Below, piece by piece: positions 14,001-24,917 of a DNA stretch of 64,000 bases. Both the position numbers and the translations under genes were made by a program. This stretch comes from Octopus sinensis (lineage: Eukaryota), in NCBI RefSeq assembly GCF_006345805.1, contig NC_043022.1, positions 1,240,001-1,304,000 on the forward strand, given 5' to 3'. The notes below the pieces were generated by a model. It was not told the DNA's origin, searched no databases, and was given only the letters and a program-made list of their open reading frames with translations. Numbering within the stretch: the stretch's first letter is position 1; each line of letters opens with the position of its first letter.

Positions 14001-15340
14001 TCCCTCCGACAATACGAAGCCTAATGTTTTCTGCTTCATTTACGAACTTCAGTATTTCAGCGGAAATAACGATGAATATTTTTCACTACTTTCTCTTAAA
14101 TGGGAATTTTTCCCAATATCAAGGAGTGTCAGTTGTTTCTTTGGAGATATTCCCTCCGACAATACGAAGCCTAATGTTTTCTGCTTCATTTACGAACTTC
14201 AGTATTTCAGCGGAAATAACGATGAATATTTTTCACTACTTTCTCTTAAATGGGAATTTTTCCCAATATCAAGGAGTGTCAGTTGTTTCTTTGAAGATAT
14301 TCCCTCCAGCAATACGAAGCCTAATGTTTTCTGCTTCATTTACGAACTTCAGTATTTCAGCGGAAATAACGATGAATATTTTTCACTACTTTCTCTTAAA
14401 TGGGAATTTTTCCCAATATCAAGGAGTGTCAGTTGTTTCTTTGAAGATATTCCCTCCGACAATACGAAACCTAATGTTTTCTGCTTCATTTACGAACTTC
14501 AGTATTTCAGCGGAAATAACGATGAATATTTTTCACTACTTTCTCTTAAATGGGAATTTTTCCCAATATCAAGGAGTGTCAGTTGTTTCTTTGGAGATAT
14601 TCCCTCCGACAATACGAAGCCTAATGTTTTCTGCTTCATTTACGAACTTCAGTATTTCAGCGGAAATAACGATGAATATTTTTCACTACTTTCTCTTAAA
14701 TGGGAATTTTTCCCAATATCAAGGAGTGTCAGTTGTTTCTTTGAAGATATTCCCTCCGACAATACGAAGCCTACTGTTTTCTGCTTCATTTACGAACTTC
14801 AGTATTTCAGCGGAAATAACGATGAATATTTTTCACTACTTTCTCTTAAATGTGAATTTTTCCCAATATCAAGGAGTGTCAGTTGTTTCTTTGAAGATAT
14901 TCCCTCCAGCAATACGAAACCTAATGTTTTCTGCTTCATTTACGAACTTCAGTATTTCAGCGGAAATAACGATGAATATTTTTCACTACTTTCTCTTAAA
15001 TGGGAATTTTTCCCAATATCAAGGAGTGTCAGTTGTTTCTTTGAAGATATTCCCTCCAGCAATACGAAACCTAATGTTTTCTGCTTCATTTACGAACTTC
15101 AGTATTTCAGCGGAAATAACGATGAATATTTTTCACTACTTTCTCTTAAATGTGAATTTTTCCCAATATCAAGGAGTGTCAGTTGTTTCTTTGAAGATAT
15201 TCCCTCCGACAATACGAAGCCTAATGTTTTCTTCTTCATTTACGAACTTCAATATTTCAACGGAAATAACGATGAATATTTTTCACGATTTTCTATTCAA
15301 TGTGACCTTTTCCCAATATCAAGGAGAGTCAGTTGTTTCT
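5091..15340. repeat. 150-bp satellite array, about 68 highly similar monomers
   Basis: Monomer aatatttttcactactttctcttaaatgtgaatttttcccaatatcaaggagtgtcagttgtttctttgaagatattccctccgacaatacgaagcctaatgttttctgcttcatttacgaacttcagtatttcagcggaaataacgatg recurs with a 150-bp period (e.g. aatatcaagg at 5281, 5431, 5581). Confidence 0.98.
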
Positions 15341-16318
15341 TTGGAGACAATCCATCTTGCCATACAAATCCTAATGTTGTCTGTTGCACTGGCGATCTTC
15401 AGTATTTCAACGGAAGTAACGATGTATATATCACTACAACTTAGAACGATTTATGTATCAAATGATATGACCGAATTTCTTTTGTTAGATATTAATACTT
15501 TATTAATGATCAGAATAAATATTGCTGCATTCAATATTTTCGATATTTCACAAGATGGATCCTTTTTAATGATTTTGATGATATTCTGAATATCTCGAAA
15601 CAATTTGGAATCATTCATGTATCAGAGTTCGGATTTACTTTGTGAAACATAATTTTTTTTTATAGAAACGTATGCAACAGGTGCTGTACAATTTGTCAAC
15701 CGGTGTTCGTGTGTTGACATTCGCGTAACTTAACTGTTCGTCTGAAGTGTCTTATAGAATACGTACCAGGCTTTTAAACCTATGTTCTGAGGGCGCGTTG
15801 TTCGATGACATTATTTGAATGCAGCGCCCCATCACGCCTGCCGTGAAATGATTGAAGGAATTGAATGATAACAAAAAAGAAAAAAGAAAAAGATTCCTTG
15901 TCTTCTTTCTTCATTGGAATACATTTTCCTATTTCACTGATGTCATTTCGCTCCCTGGTTTTTAGTGAATAAAATTATGAACACAAAATTTTCTTGTTTT
16001 TTTTTTCAATTATTTATCTTGAACTCCACCACTTACGTGAAATTTATGAATGCCATTATGGAAATTGTATTGTGTAGAACAGTGGGTCTCAACCGGTGTC
16101 CCATCTGTAGCAGAAGCAAGAATATTGGTAAGATTTTTGTCTCTCTTTGAGGAAAGAAATCAAAACTCTTAACAACAAGAAATACCAACTCCTCTTTCAT
16201 ATCAGTTTCTCGTTGTCTTACAAATAATAGCTCTTGAAAAAAACTTGTATTGCCTGGCAAAATGAACTCAGCTCACTGTACGCTAAGTTGGTTGCCTTAA
16301 GATTGTTGGACAGTAGGT

Positions 16319-16757
16319 ACAGGTGTGGCTGTATGGTAACAAGCTTCCTTCCCAACCACATCGTTCCGGAATCAGTCCTACTTCATGCCACCCTCGGGAA
16401 TTGCTTTCTATTAGAGCCTTCGGCTGAACAAAGCCTTGAGTGGGTTATGTAGAGTAAATTTGGTAGACAGAAAAGGGAAGAAATTTATATATACATAAAT
16501 TTATAATATATATATATGTATATATATTTATTTTATATTTATATATACGAATATGTTTGTGTATCTGCGTTTGTCCCCACACCATCGCTTGACAGCGGAT
16601 GCTGGTGTGTGTACGTTCCTGTAACTTAGCAGTTTGGCAAAAGAAACTGATAGAATATGTACTAGGCTTACAAATAATAAGTCTTAGGGTCGATCTGTTC
16701 GACCGAAGGCTGCGCTCCAGCATGGACAAGTAGTCTGGACAGACGGAAACAAATAAT
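16319..16757 (+). mobile_element. SINE family A, diverged copy with an internal (TA)n expansion
   Basis: Head aggtgtggctgtatggtaac...; body gtttgtcccc...cttagcagtttggcaaaag...ctccagcatgg. Confidence 0.8.
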
Positions 16758-16925
16758 ACACACACACACGTATATAAATAGATATGTGTATTTTTCCCTT
16801 GTTAACAATTCACACGGAAAAAATATTATCAGTGATATCTTCGAAACATGTGTCGGAAGAAAAAGAATTTGAATAACACCTTCGTTTAACTCCATTTATA
16901 TATGTATATATATATATATGTATAT

Positions 16926-16975
<50 letters not shown>

Positions 16976-17220
16976 TCCACATTTTATCCCAGGACAATTG
17001 CGCTTTGAATCAAGGGTGCGAACTCATAAATTGCTATAGGCACGCAACAAAATTTAAAACGTAAGCCGACAAATTACCTTATGGGTAGAATTTATGTTCG
17101 AATCTGGAACTGATTTCCAATATCACTGTTGAATTCGTGTTTTTTAGTGTACGGTTGTTTCGCATCACAACGATATTGTATGTATTTCAATGTATCCTTT
17201 AAGAAAGCCTTCGAATGTTG

Positions 17221-17596
17221 TCTCTCTGTATATAAAGCTGAAGTCTGTGTATGGCAGGTTTGGTAGCTTTCAACTAACACTATCCCTTTGCGGCGCAAGT
17301 TGACCAAAATTGAGAGTATGATAGAAAATTTGTTCTTCCTTCCGTAGACGAAATAATTCAAATCGGACCATGTTAACGCCAAAAATTATTTACATCAAAA
17401 AGGTGCTTTTTTTTCTTTGAAAATCCCTATTTTTTACGAATTTTTGACTCTGTGTCGCCATTTTTTGGTGTATTTCAACCAGAAAAAGTTCACTTAAAGA
17501 GAATAACAAGCTACATAATGCAAACTTTTTACTTTTCAAAAATTCCAATTCTAAATGTTCGAAACAAACCCGAGCAATGCCGGGTGATACTGCTAG
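17221..17596 (+). mobile_element. Non-autonomous Helitron, family H1
   Basis: 5' TC...TATATAAAGCTGAAG; 3' aaacccgagcaatgccgggtgatactgCTAG|T with a GC-rich subterminal hairpin. A second copy lies at 56496-56871. Confidence 0.75.
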
Positions 17597-17839
17597 TAGA
17601 TATTATTTTCAAGTTTAAGCTTTTATTTTATTTTATTATATTTTACGAACCTATTTAATTGTTATATTTATAGATAATTCTACGCATGGTGCTGAACTTT
17701 GCAAATGTCTTTTACCAGGTTTTATTATTATATACACTGAGCAATTTTTAAAAAAGTTGTTTGTATATATACGTTGGGATCTCGATGTGTTTTTATGTGG
17801 ATGCGTGTGTTGTAGGCATGCATATGTATTTAAAGCTGT

Positions 17840-18100
17840 GCGTCTGTATTGCCATGTTGATTCGCTAGCCTCTGCACGCATTTATTTTCTCTCCTTCTTT
17901 CTGTGTTTCTTCTCTGTGTATCTTTCTGTTGAAGAGCGTAGGCTCGAAACGTTAAAGACTTGTTTTATTTATATTTCCGGAGCGCCATACTAATAGGGTT
18001 GTTTGTTTGTATTCCACCTGCCTTCGTCTTTTGTTTATTTCCGTAAACCTGCCTTCGTCTTTTGTCTATTTTCATAAAGCTTCCCGTTATATATATGAGT
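17840..18100 (+). mobile_element. Probable Penelope-like terminal-repeat fragment
   Basis: Contains ctgttgaagagcgtaggctcgaaacgtt, resembling the hammerhead-derived motif of Penelope pseudo-LTRs; flanked by microsatellites. Confidence 0.45.
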
Positions 18101-18291
18101 GTACGTTTGTATATTCATACCTACGTACACATTACATAGACGCATATTTATACACTTATATTTGTGTGAATATGTATCTACGTACATATTTCTGTATATT
18201 TATATACGTAATCATATATATGTGTATTTGTATGCTAATGTATATTTAGGTATATATATATATATATATTATATATATATATATATATATA

Positions 18292-18779
18292 GGATCTTTT
18301 ATGGGTGACAATTTCTTATGACACCGCTAGAAAAAACTGCCGTTCAAACCGAAAATATCCTAGGAGTGGGGGGAACGGTATCTTTTTTTCTTCAGGAATG
18401 TAAATAAACCCAATCTGTTTCTTAAACGAGGGACATATTCATACGGCACAGAATGTTTTTACCTCAATAGACGTCATTGATTGGTTGAAATTGCAGAAAT
18501 TGAAGAAAAAACAACAACAAATATCTTCCAAACTATAGAATTTTCTCAATAAAGCCAAGAGAAAAACATATTTTATAAACACATTCTACCAGTATACGAA
18601 GTTTAAAAGTGTTTAGTTACGTGGAAATTATTTTAAAAACTGCCGTTCAAACTGAAAAGATCCCACCCCTAACCCTAAAACAGATTGAAATACAATAGAT
18701 CGATACTAGGGTCATAATTATAGGTGACAATTTCATATGACACCGCTAGAAAAAACTGCCGCTCAAACCGAAAAGATCC
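18292..18779. mobile_element. MITE family Y, internally rearranged copy
   Basis: Same body as 19134-19550, but the 5' arm occurs inverted twice (about 18301-18360 and 18661-18779). Confidence 0.8.
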
Positions 18780-19133
18780 GTTGAAAAGACCAATGAAACA
18801 AAACCATTTTTAAAGGTGTATCCTTTAAACTAGTTTTTTTTCCCCTGTTTGATTATATCGTCATTTCTGTTCCATTCTAACAAAACTGTCCGACGAACGG
18901 GAACGTGAAACTCTGAGTAACAGTTTTTGTGATATTTCCGCTGCTTTTAAATAAAGTATATATATACATATATATATACACGCACACCCAGAAACATGCA
19001 AATAGCTTTAGAGTGAAATATGATGTTACAAAGAAGAATGAGCTATGTATCGCGTGACATGTTCGAATTTGCTGTGTTAAAATATCAATAATTTTATAAT
19101 AATTAGTGTAACTAGGGCCGCATTAAATATTTC

Positions 19134-19550
19134 GGATCTTTTCTGTTTGAGCGGCAGTTTTTTCTAACGGTGTCATTTGAAATTGTCACTCATAATTATG
19201 ACCCTAGTATCGATCTACTGCATTTCAATCTCTTTTAGGGTTAGGGTTAGGAGTGGAGGGAAGGGTATCTTTTTTCTTCAGAAATGTAAATAAACCCAAT
19301 CTGTTTCTTAAACGAGGGACATATTCATACGGCACAGGATGTTTTCACCTCCGATAGACGTCATTGATTGGTTGAAATTGCGGAAATTGAAGAAAAAACA
19401 ACAACAAATATCTTACAAACTATAGAATTTTCTCAATAAAGCCAAGAGAAAAAGATGTTTTATAAACACATTCTACCAGTATACGAAGTTTAAAATTTTT
19501 TAGTTGCCTAGAAATTATGTTAAAAACTGCCGTTCAAACCGAAAAGATCT
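19134..19550 (+). mobile_element. MITE family Y, intact copy (about 29-bp TIR, 8-bp target duplication; possibly Merlin superfamily)
   Basis: GGATCTTTTCTGTTTGAGCGGCAGTTTTT ... AAAAACTGCCGTTCAAACCGAAAAGATCT. Flanks aatatttc / gatatttc match at 7 of 8. The superfamily is inferred from GG termini plus the 8-bp TSD. Confidence 0.8.
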
Positions 19551-19883
19551 GATATTTCCGATATTTCGCTAGAAACGACCCCGTTTAATGTTTATTTTCA
19601 TTTTCTGAAAATGATGCTACAAATTCGAATGATCGATGTATCACACAACATTTTCGAATTTGCTTAGTTAAATATCAATATTTTAATAATAACAAGAACA
19701 CTGAGAGAGCGCAAACCTCCGCCAAGGCAACACCAATGTCCTCTCAATGATTAGCCGGAGAAGATTTTTAAAATGATAATATCTGAAACAAATTCGACTA
19801 CCCTCATAAACGAGAATACTAAAAATTAACCCGGCCGCTTTCAAAAATTCGGTCAAAAAAACTGGGAAAATAATCCAGAATCC

Positions 19884-20351
19884 GGCGATCTTTCGTCTCT
19901 AGTAGACCTTTCCGTCGATTTCCGTAAAAAAATTTTTTTTTTATATATGGGCTTGCGGGAACTTTTGAAGTAATATACATACATATACACATACACTGAG
20001 TAAAAAATTTCAGTTATCTCTTTCTTTCACACATTACTCTGTCTCTTCACACACACTAACAGAAGCACTTCACTTACATAACATACTGTCTGTCTCGCAC
20101 ACCCCATCAAACACACACACACACACACACATGTACATCAATGCTTGCCATGCACGGTAACTTCAAAAGAACTTCCCTCGTCATACAATCGCTTTCTCTT
20201 AGTATCTTTCGCTCTCATTACTTCAAAAGTTCCCGCAAGTATGTGTATATATATGTATATTACTTCAAAAGTTCCCGCAAGCCCATATGTAAAGAAAAAA
20301 TTTTTTTTTACGGAAATCGACGGAAAGGTCTACTAGAGACGAAAGATCGCC
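19884..20351. mobile_element. TIR element with about 110-bp terminal inverted repeats, nested in another non-autonomous element starting near 19694
   Basis: ggcgatctttcgtctctagtagacctttccgtcgatttccgtaaaaaa...cttgcgggaacttttgaagtaa is mirrored at about 20238-20351. The subterminal motif ttacttcaaaagttcccgcaag is repeated. Confidence 0.75.
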
Positions 20352-20769
20352 AAAATTCGTTAAAGAAAATATCCACATTCAGTAAAAAAAAAAAAAAATC
20401 CTGCAAGATTTAGGAATCTTGCAGGATATATAACAATGATTCCTGAATCATTGTTATTTTTTTTTTTTTATCTAGTTTCAGCTCACGAGCTGTGGCCATG
20501 CTGGGGCACCGCCATTATATCAACTGAAATTTTACAAATCTCAAGGGAAGCACATTCAGTAGTCTATGATATTCAGGGAATCACTGGTCACTCGCATTGG
20601 TAGCAAGAATTAGATATGAAAGAATATTTCAACATTGGAAAAGAGAAAAACCTGCAAAATAATCAAAGCGTCCACATTCATTATTTTATCGATTAAAATA
20701 TCAGATGAAACTCGGAGTTTTCTCAGTGAACAGGTCTCGGTCTCAAAGCGACGAAAATATTTTGACAAA

Positions 20770-21153
20770 TCTTTATATATAAAAGAGAAGTTGTGTGTCT
20801 GTCTCCTACGATTTAGATTCCTAACTACTCCCACATTTTGCGGTGCAGTTTAACCAAAACCGGGTATCTTATAGTCGTGATTCATATCGAGCCCTTCTGG
20901 GTATTAGCGCGCGTCTACGATTTTAAAAATAATTTACAATCATTTTTTTCCATTTTAATGCATTTTTTCGCTATTATATAAGGGAAGTAACTTTTAAAAT
21001 GTCTACGATGAGTCACCGATTTTTAAAAAAATTTACCGTAATTTTTTTCCCATTTTTAATGCATTTTTTTGCTATTTTTTGGCTACAACTCTCTAAAAAT
21101 GCTTTATAGTTATTTCATTTACAAACCCGAGCAACGCCGGGCGATATTGCTAG
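20770..21153 (+). mobile_element. Non-autonomous Helitron, family H2
   Basis: Inserted A|TCTTTATATATAAAAG ... aaacccgagcaacgccgggcgatattgCTAG|T: canonical A/T target, no TSD, 3' hairpin plus CTAG. Confidence 0.8.
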
Positions 21154-21518
21154 TTAAATCTAAATGTTGAGAGAATCGAACAGTTTTTGTGTTTCTTAAA
21201 TTGCTTATAAACACCTTCCACGCTGAAATATTAAAAGTCTTAAGAGAAATATTGTTAAAGTTGATAGAGCAAACTCAATGCAAGTGACTAGTGACTGACA
21301 TTGTTAGGAAAGCAACAATAAAGAAAATATTGACATTGAATAAAGCTGCAAAATACTCACAAAGTGCTGAATCGTTGTTATGTCGATTGAAATATTAAAA
21401 ATCCGAAGGGAATAGAAATCTTCTGCGTTGATATTGCATGGTTTATGATGTCCGGGGAAACACTAGTTTTATATCGCATTGATTGATATAAAGAAATCGC
21501 CATTAGAGAAAATATGGA

Positions 21519-22206
21519 GGATCTTTTCGGTTTGAACGGCAGTTTTTAACATAATTTCTAGTCTCTCGCACTGAAAAGGGAATATCCACATAAAATAAAT
21601 CGCAAAATAATTAGAAAGTGCTGAATCATTCTTCCATCGATCAAAACACTAAACAACCCATGGCAAGAAGCATTAATGCTTATCGTCTGTGAAACACTAC
21701 TCACAGTCGTTGGCGGGATGAAATAGACATTACATCTCGACATGATTTTCTACATAAATTTTGTAGATAAATTTTCCATATAACTTTTTATATAATTTTT
21801 TACCGGTTTGAACGGCAGTTTTTAACATAATTTCTAGGTAACTAAAAAATTTTAAACTTCGTATACTGGCAGAATGTGTTTAGAAAACATCTTTTTCTCT
21901 TGGCTTTATTGAGAAAATTCTATAGTTTGTAAGATATTTGCTGTTGTTTTTCTTCAATTTCTGCAATTTCAACCAATCAATGACGTCTATCGGAGGTGAA
22001 AACATTCTGTGCCGTATGAATATGTCCCTCGTTTAAGAAACAGATTGGGTTTATTTACATTTCTGAAGAAAAAAAGATATCCTTCCCCCCACCTCTAACC
22101 CTAAAAGAGATTGAAATGCAATAGATCGATACTAGGGTCATAATTATGGGTGACAATTTCATATGACGTCGCTAGAAAAAAACAGCCGTTCAAACTGAAA
22201 AGATCC
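21519..22206 (-). mobile_element. MITE family Y, inverted copy (21804-22206) preceded by an extra TIR fragment at 21519
   Basis: Reverse complement of the 19134-19550 body ending ...aaactgaaaagatcc. A duplicated TIR ggatcttttcggtttgaacggcagtttttaacataatttctag lies at 21519. Confidence 0.8.
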
Positions 22207-22736
22207 AATTTTTTACATAAATTTTGAACATAATTTTTCTATATAATTTTTTATATGATATTTTACATAAATTTTCTACATAATTTTGCAGATAAACTTT
22301 ATATATAATTTTTTCTACCCCTTTTTTTCTATATGAATAAGAGTGACTAGTATTTCAAAATATATTGCAAGACGAAACCGAACGATTCACATCACACATG
22401 TGATGAAGTGATTTGTTTGCAGTTATTTTTATTGAATGTCGACATTTTCTTTAATGTCAATATGTTCCAATCAATGGGATTGACTAATGTTTCGCTGTAT
22501 ATCAAAAAGTTTATCATGTTAATACGAAAAATTAATGTTTCCATTGACAATTTTAATATTTCAATCAATATTCAGGATTTGCAAGTATTTTTTAATTTGT
22601 CTTATGGTGTGTGGATATTTTTTTAATGTCCATTTCTTTGTACAAATAACTGTGACCGGTGTTTCACTGATTGCCATATGGACGCTAAGAATTAATGTGC
22701 TTCTCATGGGATGTTTAATGTTTTAATCGAGAAGGG

Positions 22737-23050
22737 CTGCGCGCTGGTAGGATTGTTAGCATGCCGGACGAAATGCTTGGCGGTATTTCGTCTGCCATTA
22801 CGTTCTGAGTTGAAATTCCGCCATGGTTGACTTTGCCTTTCATCCTTTCGGGGTCGATTAAATAAGTACCAGTTACACACTATGTCTGTCCTTGTTTGTC
22901 CCCTCTGTGTGTAGCCCCTTGTGGGCAGTAAAGAAATAGGTATTTTGTCTACTGCTACGTTCTGAGTTCAAATTCCGCCAAGGTTGACTTTGCCTTTCAT
23001 CCTTTCAGGGTCGATTAAATAAGTACCAGTTACGCACTGGGGTCGATTGT
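22737..23050 (+). mobile_element. SINE family C with internal tandem duplication
   Basis: Head ...ctggtaggattgttagcatgccggacgaaatgc; the ttacgttctgagtt...gcctttcatcctttc..gggtcgat block occurs twice. Confidence 0.8.
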
Positions 23051-23271
23051 ATTACAATAAAGAAATAAATATTTTAATCAAGAGAAATATAATTCAGCAT
23101 TTTTTTATTATTTTGCATTTTTGGTTTATGGAATGTGGATATTTTCTTTAATGGTGATTTCTTCCTGTCAATGCGAGTGACTACTGTTTCCCAAAACATC
23201 GGAAATTATGCAATATTAATGCAAAAAATTGCTGCTTTTCTGGAGATACTTTTAATACTTCAATTGATTCA

Positions 23272-23558
23272 AGCAAGGTCGTTACCAGTGCCACTGGACT
23301 GGCTCCTGTACAGGTGGCACATAAAAAGCACCATTTGAGCATGGCCATTGCCAGTACGGTCTGACTGGCCCTCATGTCCGTGGCAGGTAAAAGCACCCAC
23401 TACACTCTCGGAGTGGTTGGCGTTAGGAAGGGCATCCAGCTGTAGAAACTCTGCCAGATCAGATTGGAGCCTGGTGCAGTCATCTGGTTTGCCAGTTCTC
23501 AGTCAAATCGTCCAACCCATGTTAGCATGGAAAGCGGACGTTAAACGATGATGATGAT
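23272..23558 (+). mobile_element. Family D retroposon 3' part with (GAT)n tail
   Basis: ggcgttaggaagggcatccagctgtagaaac ... catggaaagcggacgttaaacgatgatgatgat. Other copies at 26892, 30685, 31735, 51505, 54830 and 60440. Confidence 0.8.
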
Positions 23559-23788
23559 ATAACAATGATTCAACAGCTTCTGATTGTTTTGCTGTTTGTT
23601 TTCTTAAATGTGGATAGTTTTTTGATGGAGATTTCTTCCTATAAACCAGATTGACAAATATTTCATTGAATAGCATAGAGTATGTGTCATATTAACACTT
23701 CCTTTGAGATTTTAAAGATTTTAATGATACAGGACATTCAAATCATTTTGCAGGGTTCTCTTTTTTTATTAAATGCCAATATATTCTT

Positions 23789-24108
23789 TGTGGAGGCGCA
23801 ATGGCCTAGTGGTTAGGGCAGCAGACTCGCGGTTGGAGGATTACAGTTTCGATTCCCAGACTGGGTGTTGTGTGTGTCTATTGAGCGAAAACATGAAAAG
23901 CTCCACGAGGCTCTGGCAGTGGGTGGTGGCAACCCCTGTTGTACTCTTTCACCCCAACTTTCTCTCACCCTCTCTTCCTGTTTCTTGAGTAACGCAGCGA
24001 TGGACTGATGTCCCATCCAGCTGGAGGGAACACATACGCCATAGAAACCGGGAAACTGGGCCCATGAGCCTGGCTGGGCTTGAAAAGGGCACATAAATAA
24101 ATAAATAC
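23789..24108 (+). mobile_element. tRNA-derived SINE family B, tail type 1 (MetaSINE-like 3' domain)
   Basis: A-box tggcctagtgg, B-box gtttcgattcc. The 3' domain gcgatggactgatgtcccatccag...agaaaccgggaaac recalls the Meta domain (inference). (TAAA)n tail. Confidence 0.75.
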
Positions 24109-24508
24109 TAAATATATTCTTTAACATTGATTACTTCCTGTTTGTTTGTTGTTTGTTTTCTTGAATGTGATTATTTGCTTATTGGACATTTCTTCCTATA
24201 AATGGGTGTGACCAGTGCTTCCCTGAATATCATAGATTATGGAATATCAACATTAAGAATTAATGCTTCCCTTGAGATTGCTAATATTTCAATCAATAGA
24301 AGAACGGTTCCCAATTTTGCCAGTATTTCACAATTAGTTTTATTGAATATGGATATTTTTTAATGATGATTTCTTCCTGTTAATGGCAAAGTCTAGTGTT
24401 TCGAAGAATATCATTGAGTTTGCAATATCAATGCTCAGAATTAATGCTTCCCTCGGGATTTTAAATATTCCAATCGATACATTACTGATTCAGGAATTTG
24501 CTAGCATA

Positions 24509-24917
24509 CTCTTACTCTTTTACTCTTTTGCTTGTTTCAGTCATTTGACTGCAGCCATGCTGGAGCACCGCCTTTAATCGAGCAACTCGACCCCGGGACT
24601 TATTCTTTTGTAAGCCCAGTACTTATTCTATTGGTCTCTTTTGCCGAACCGCTAAGTGACGGGGACATAAACACACCAGCATCGGTTGTCAAGCAATGCT
24701 AGGGGGACAAACACAGACACACAAACACACACACACATACATATATATATACATATATACGACGGGCTTCTTTCAGTTTCCGTCTACCAAATCCACTCAC
24801 AAGGCTTTGGTCGGGTCAAGACTATAGTAGAAGACACTTGCCCAAGGTGCCACGCAGTGGGACTGAACCCGGAACCATGTGGTTGGTAAACAAGCTACTT
24901 ACCACACAGCCACTCAG
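24509..24917 (-). mobile_element. SINE family A, young full-length copy
   Basis: Complete head-to-tail copy, roughly 95% identical by eye to the inverted copy at 25719-26100. Confidence 0.9.

Noticed and set aside
2146-15340. CRISPR-like arrays
   Set aside because: The units are contiguous with no unique spacers, the context is eukaryotic, and there are no cas genes.
4860-15589. Long ORFs (up to 912 aa) in the 150-bp array as protein-coding genes
   Set aside because: They are a by-product of a 50-codon stop-free monomer. There is no recognisable domain, frames switch frequently, and the peptide is implausibly hydrophobic. Kept only as a low-level finding.
19238-19252. TTAGGGTTAGGG as telomeric or interstitial telomere sequence
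   Set aside because: Only two units, at a fixed position inside MITE family Y.
19134-22206. Inversion by recombination between the intact MITE-Y (19134) and the inverted copy (21804)
   Set aside because: The 19134 copy retains its TSD and has same-orientation old monomers on both sides, so it is not a breakpoint.
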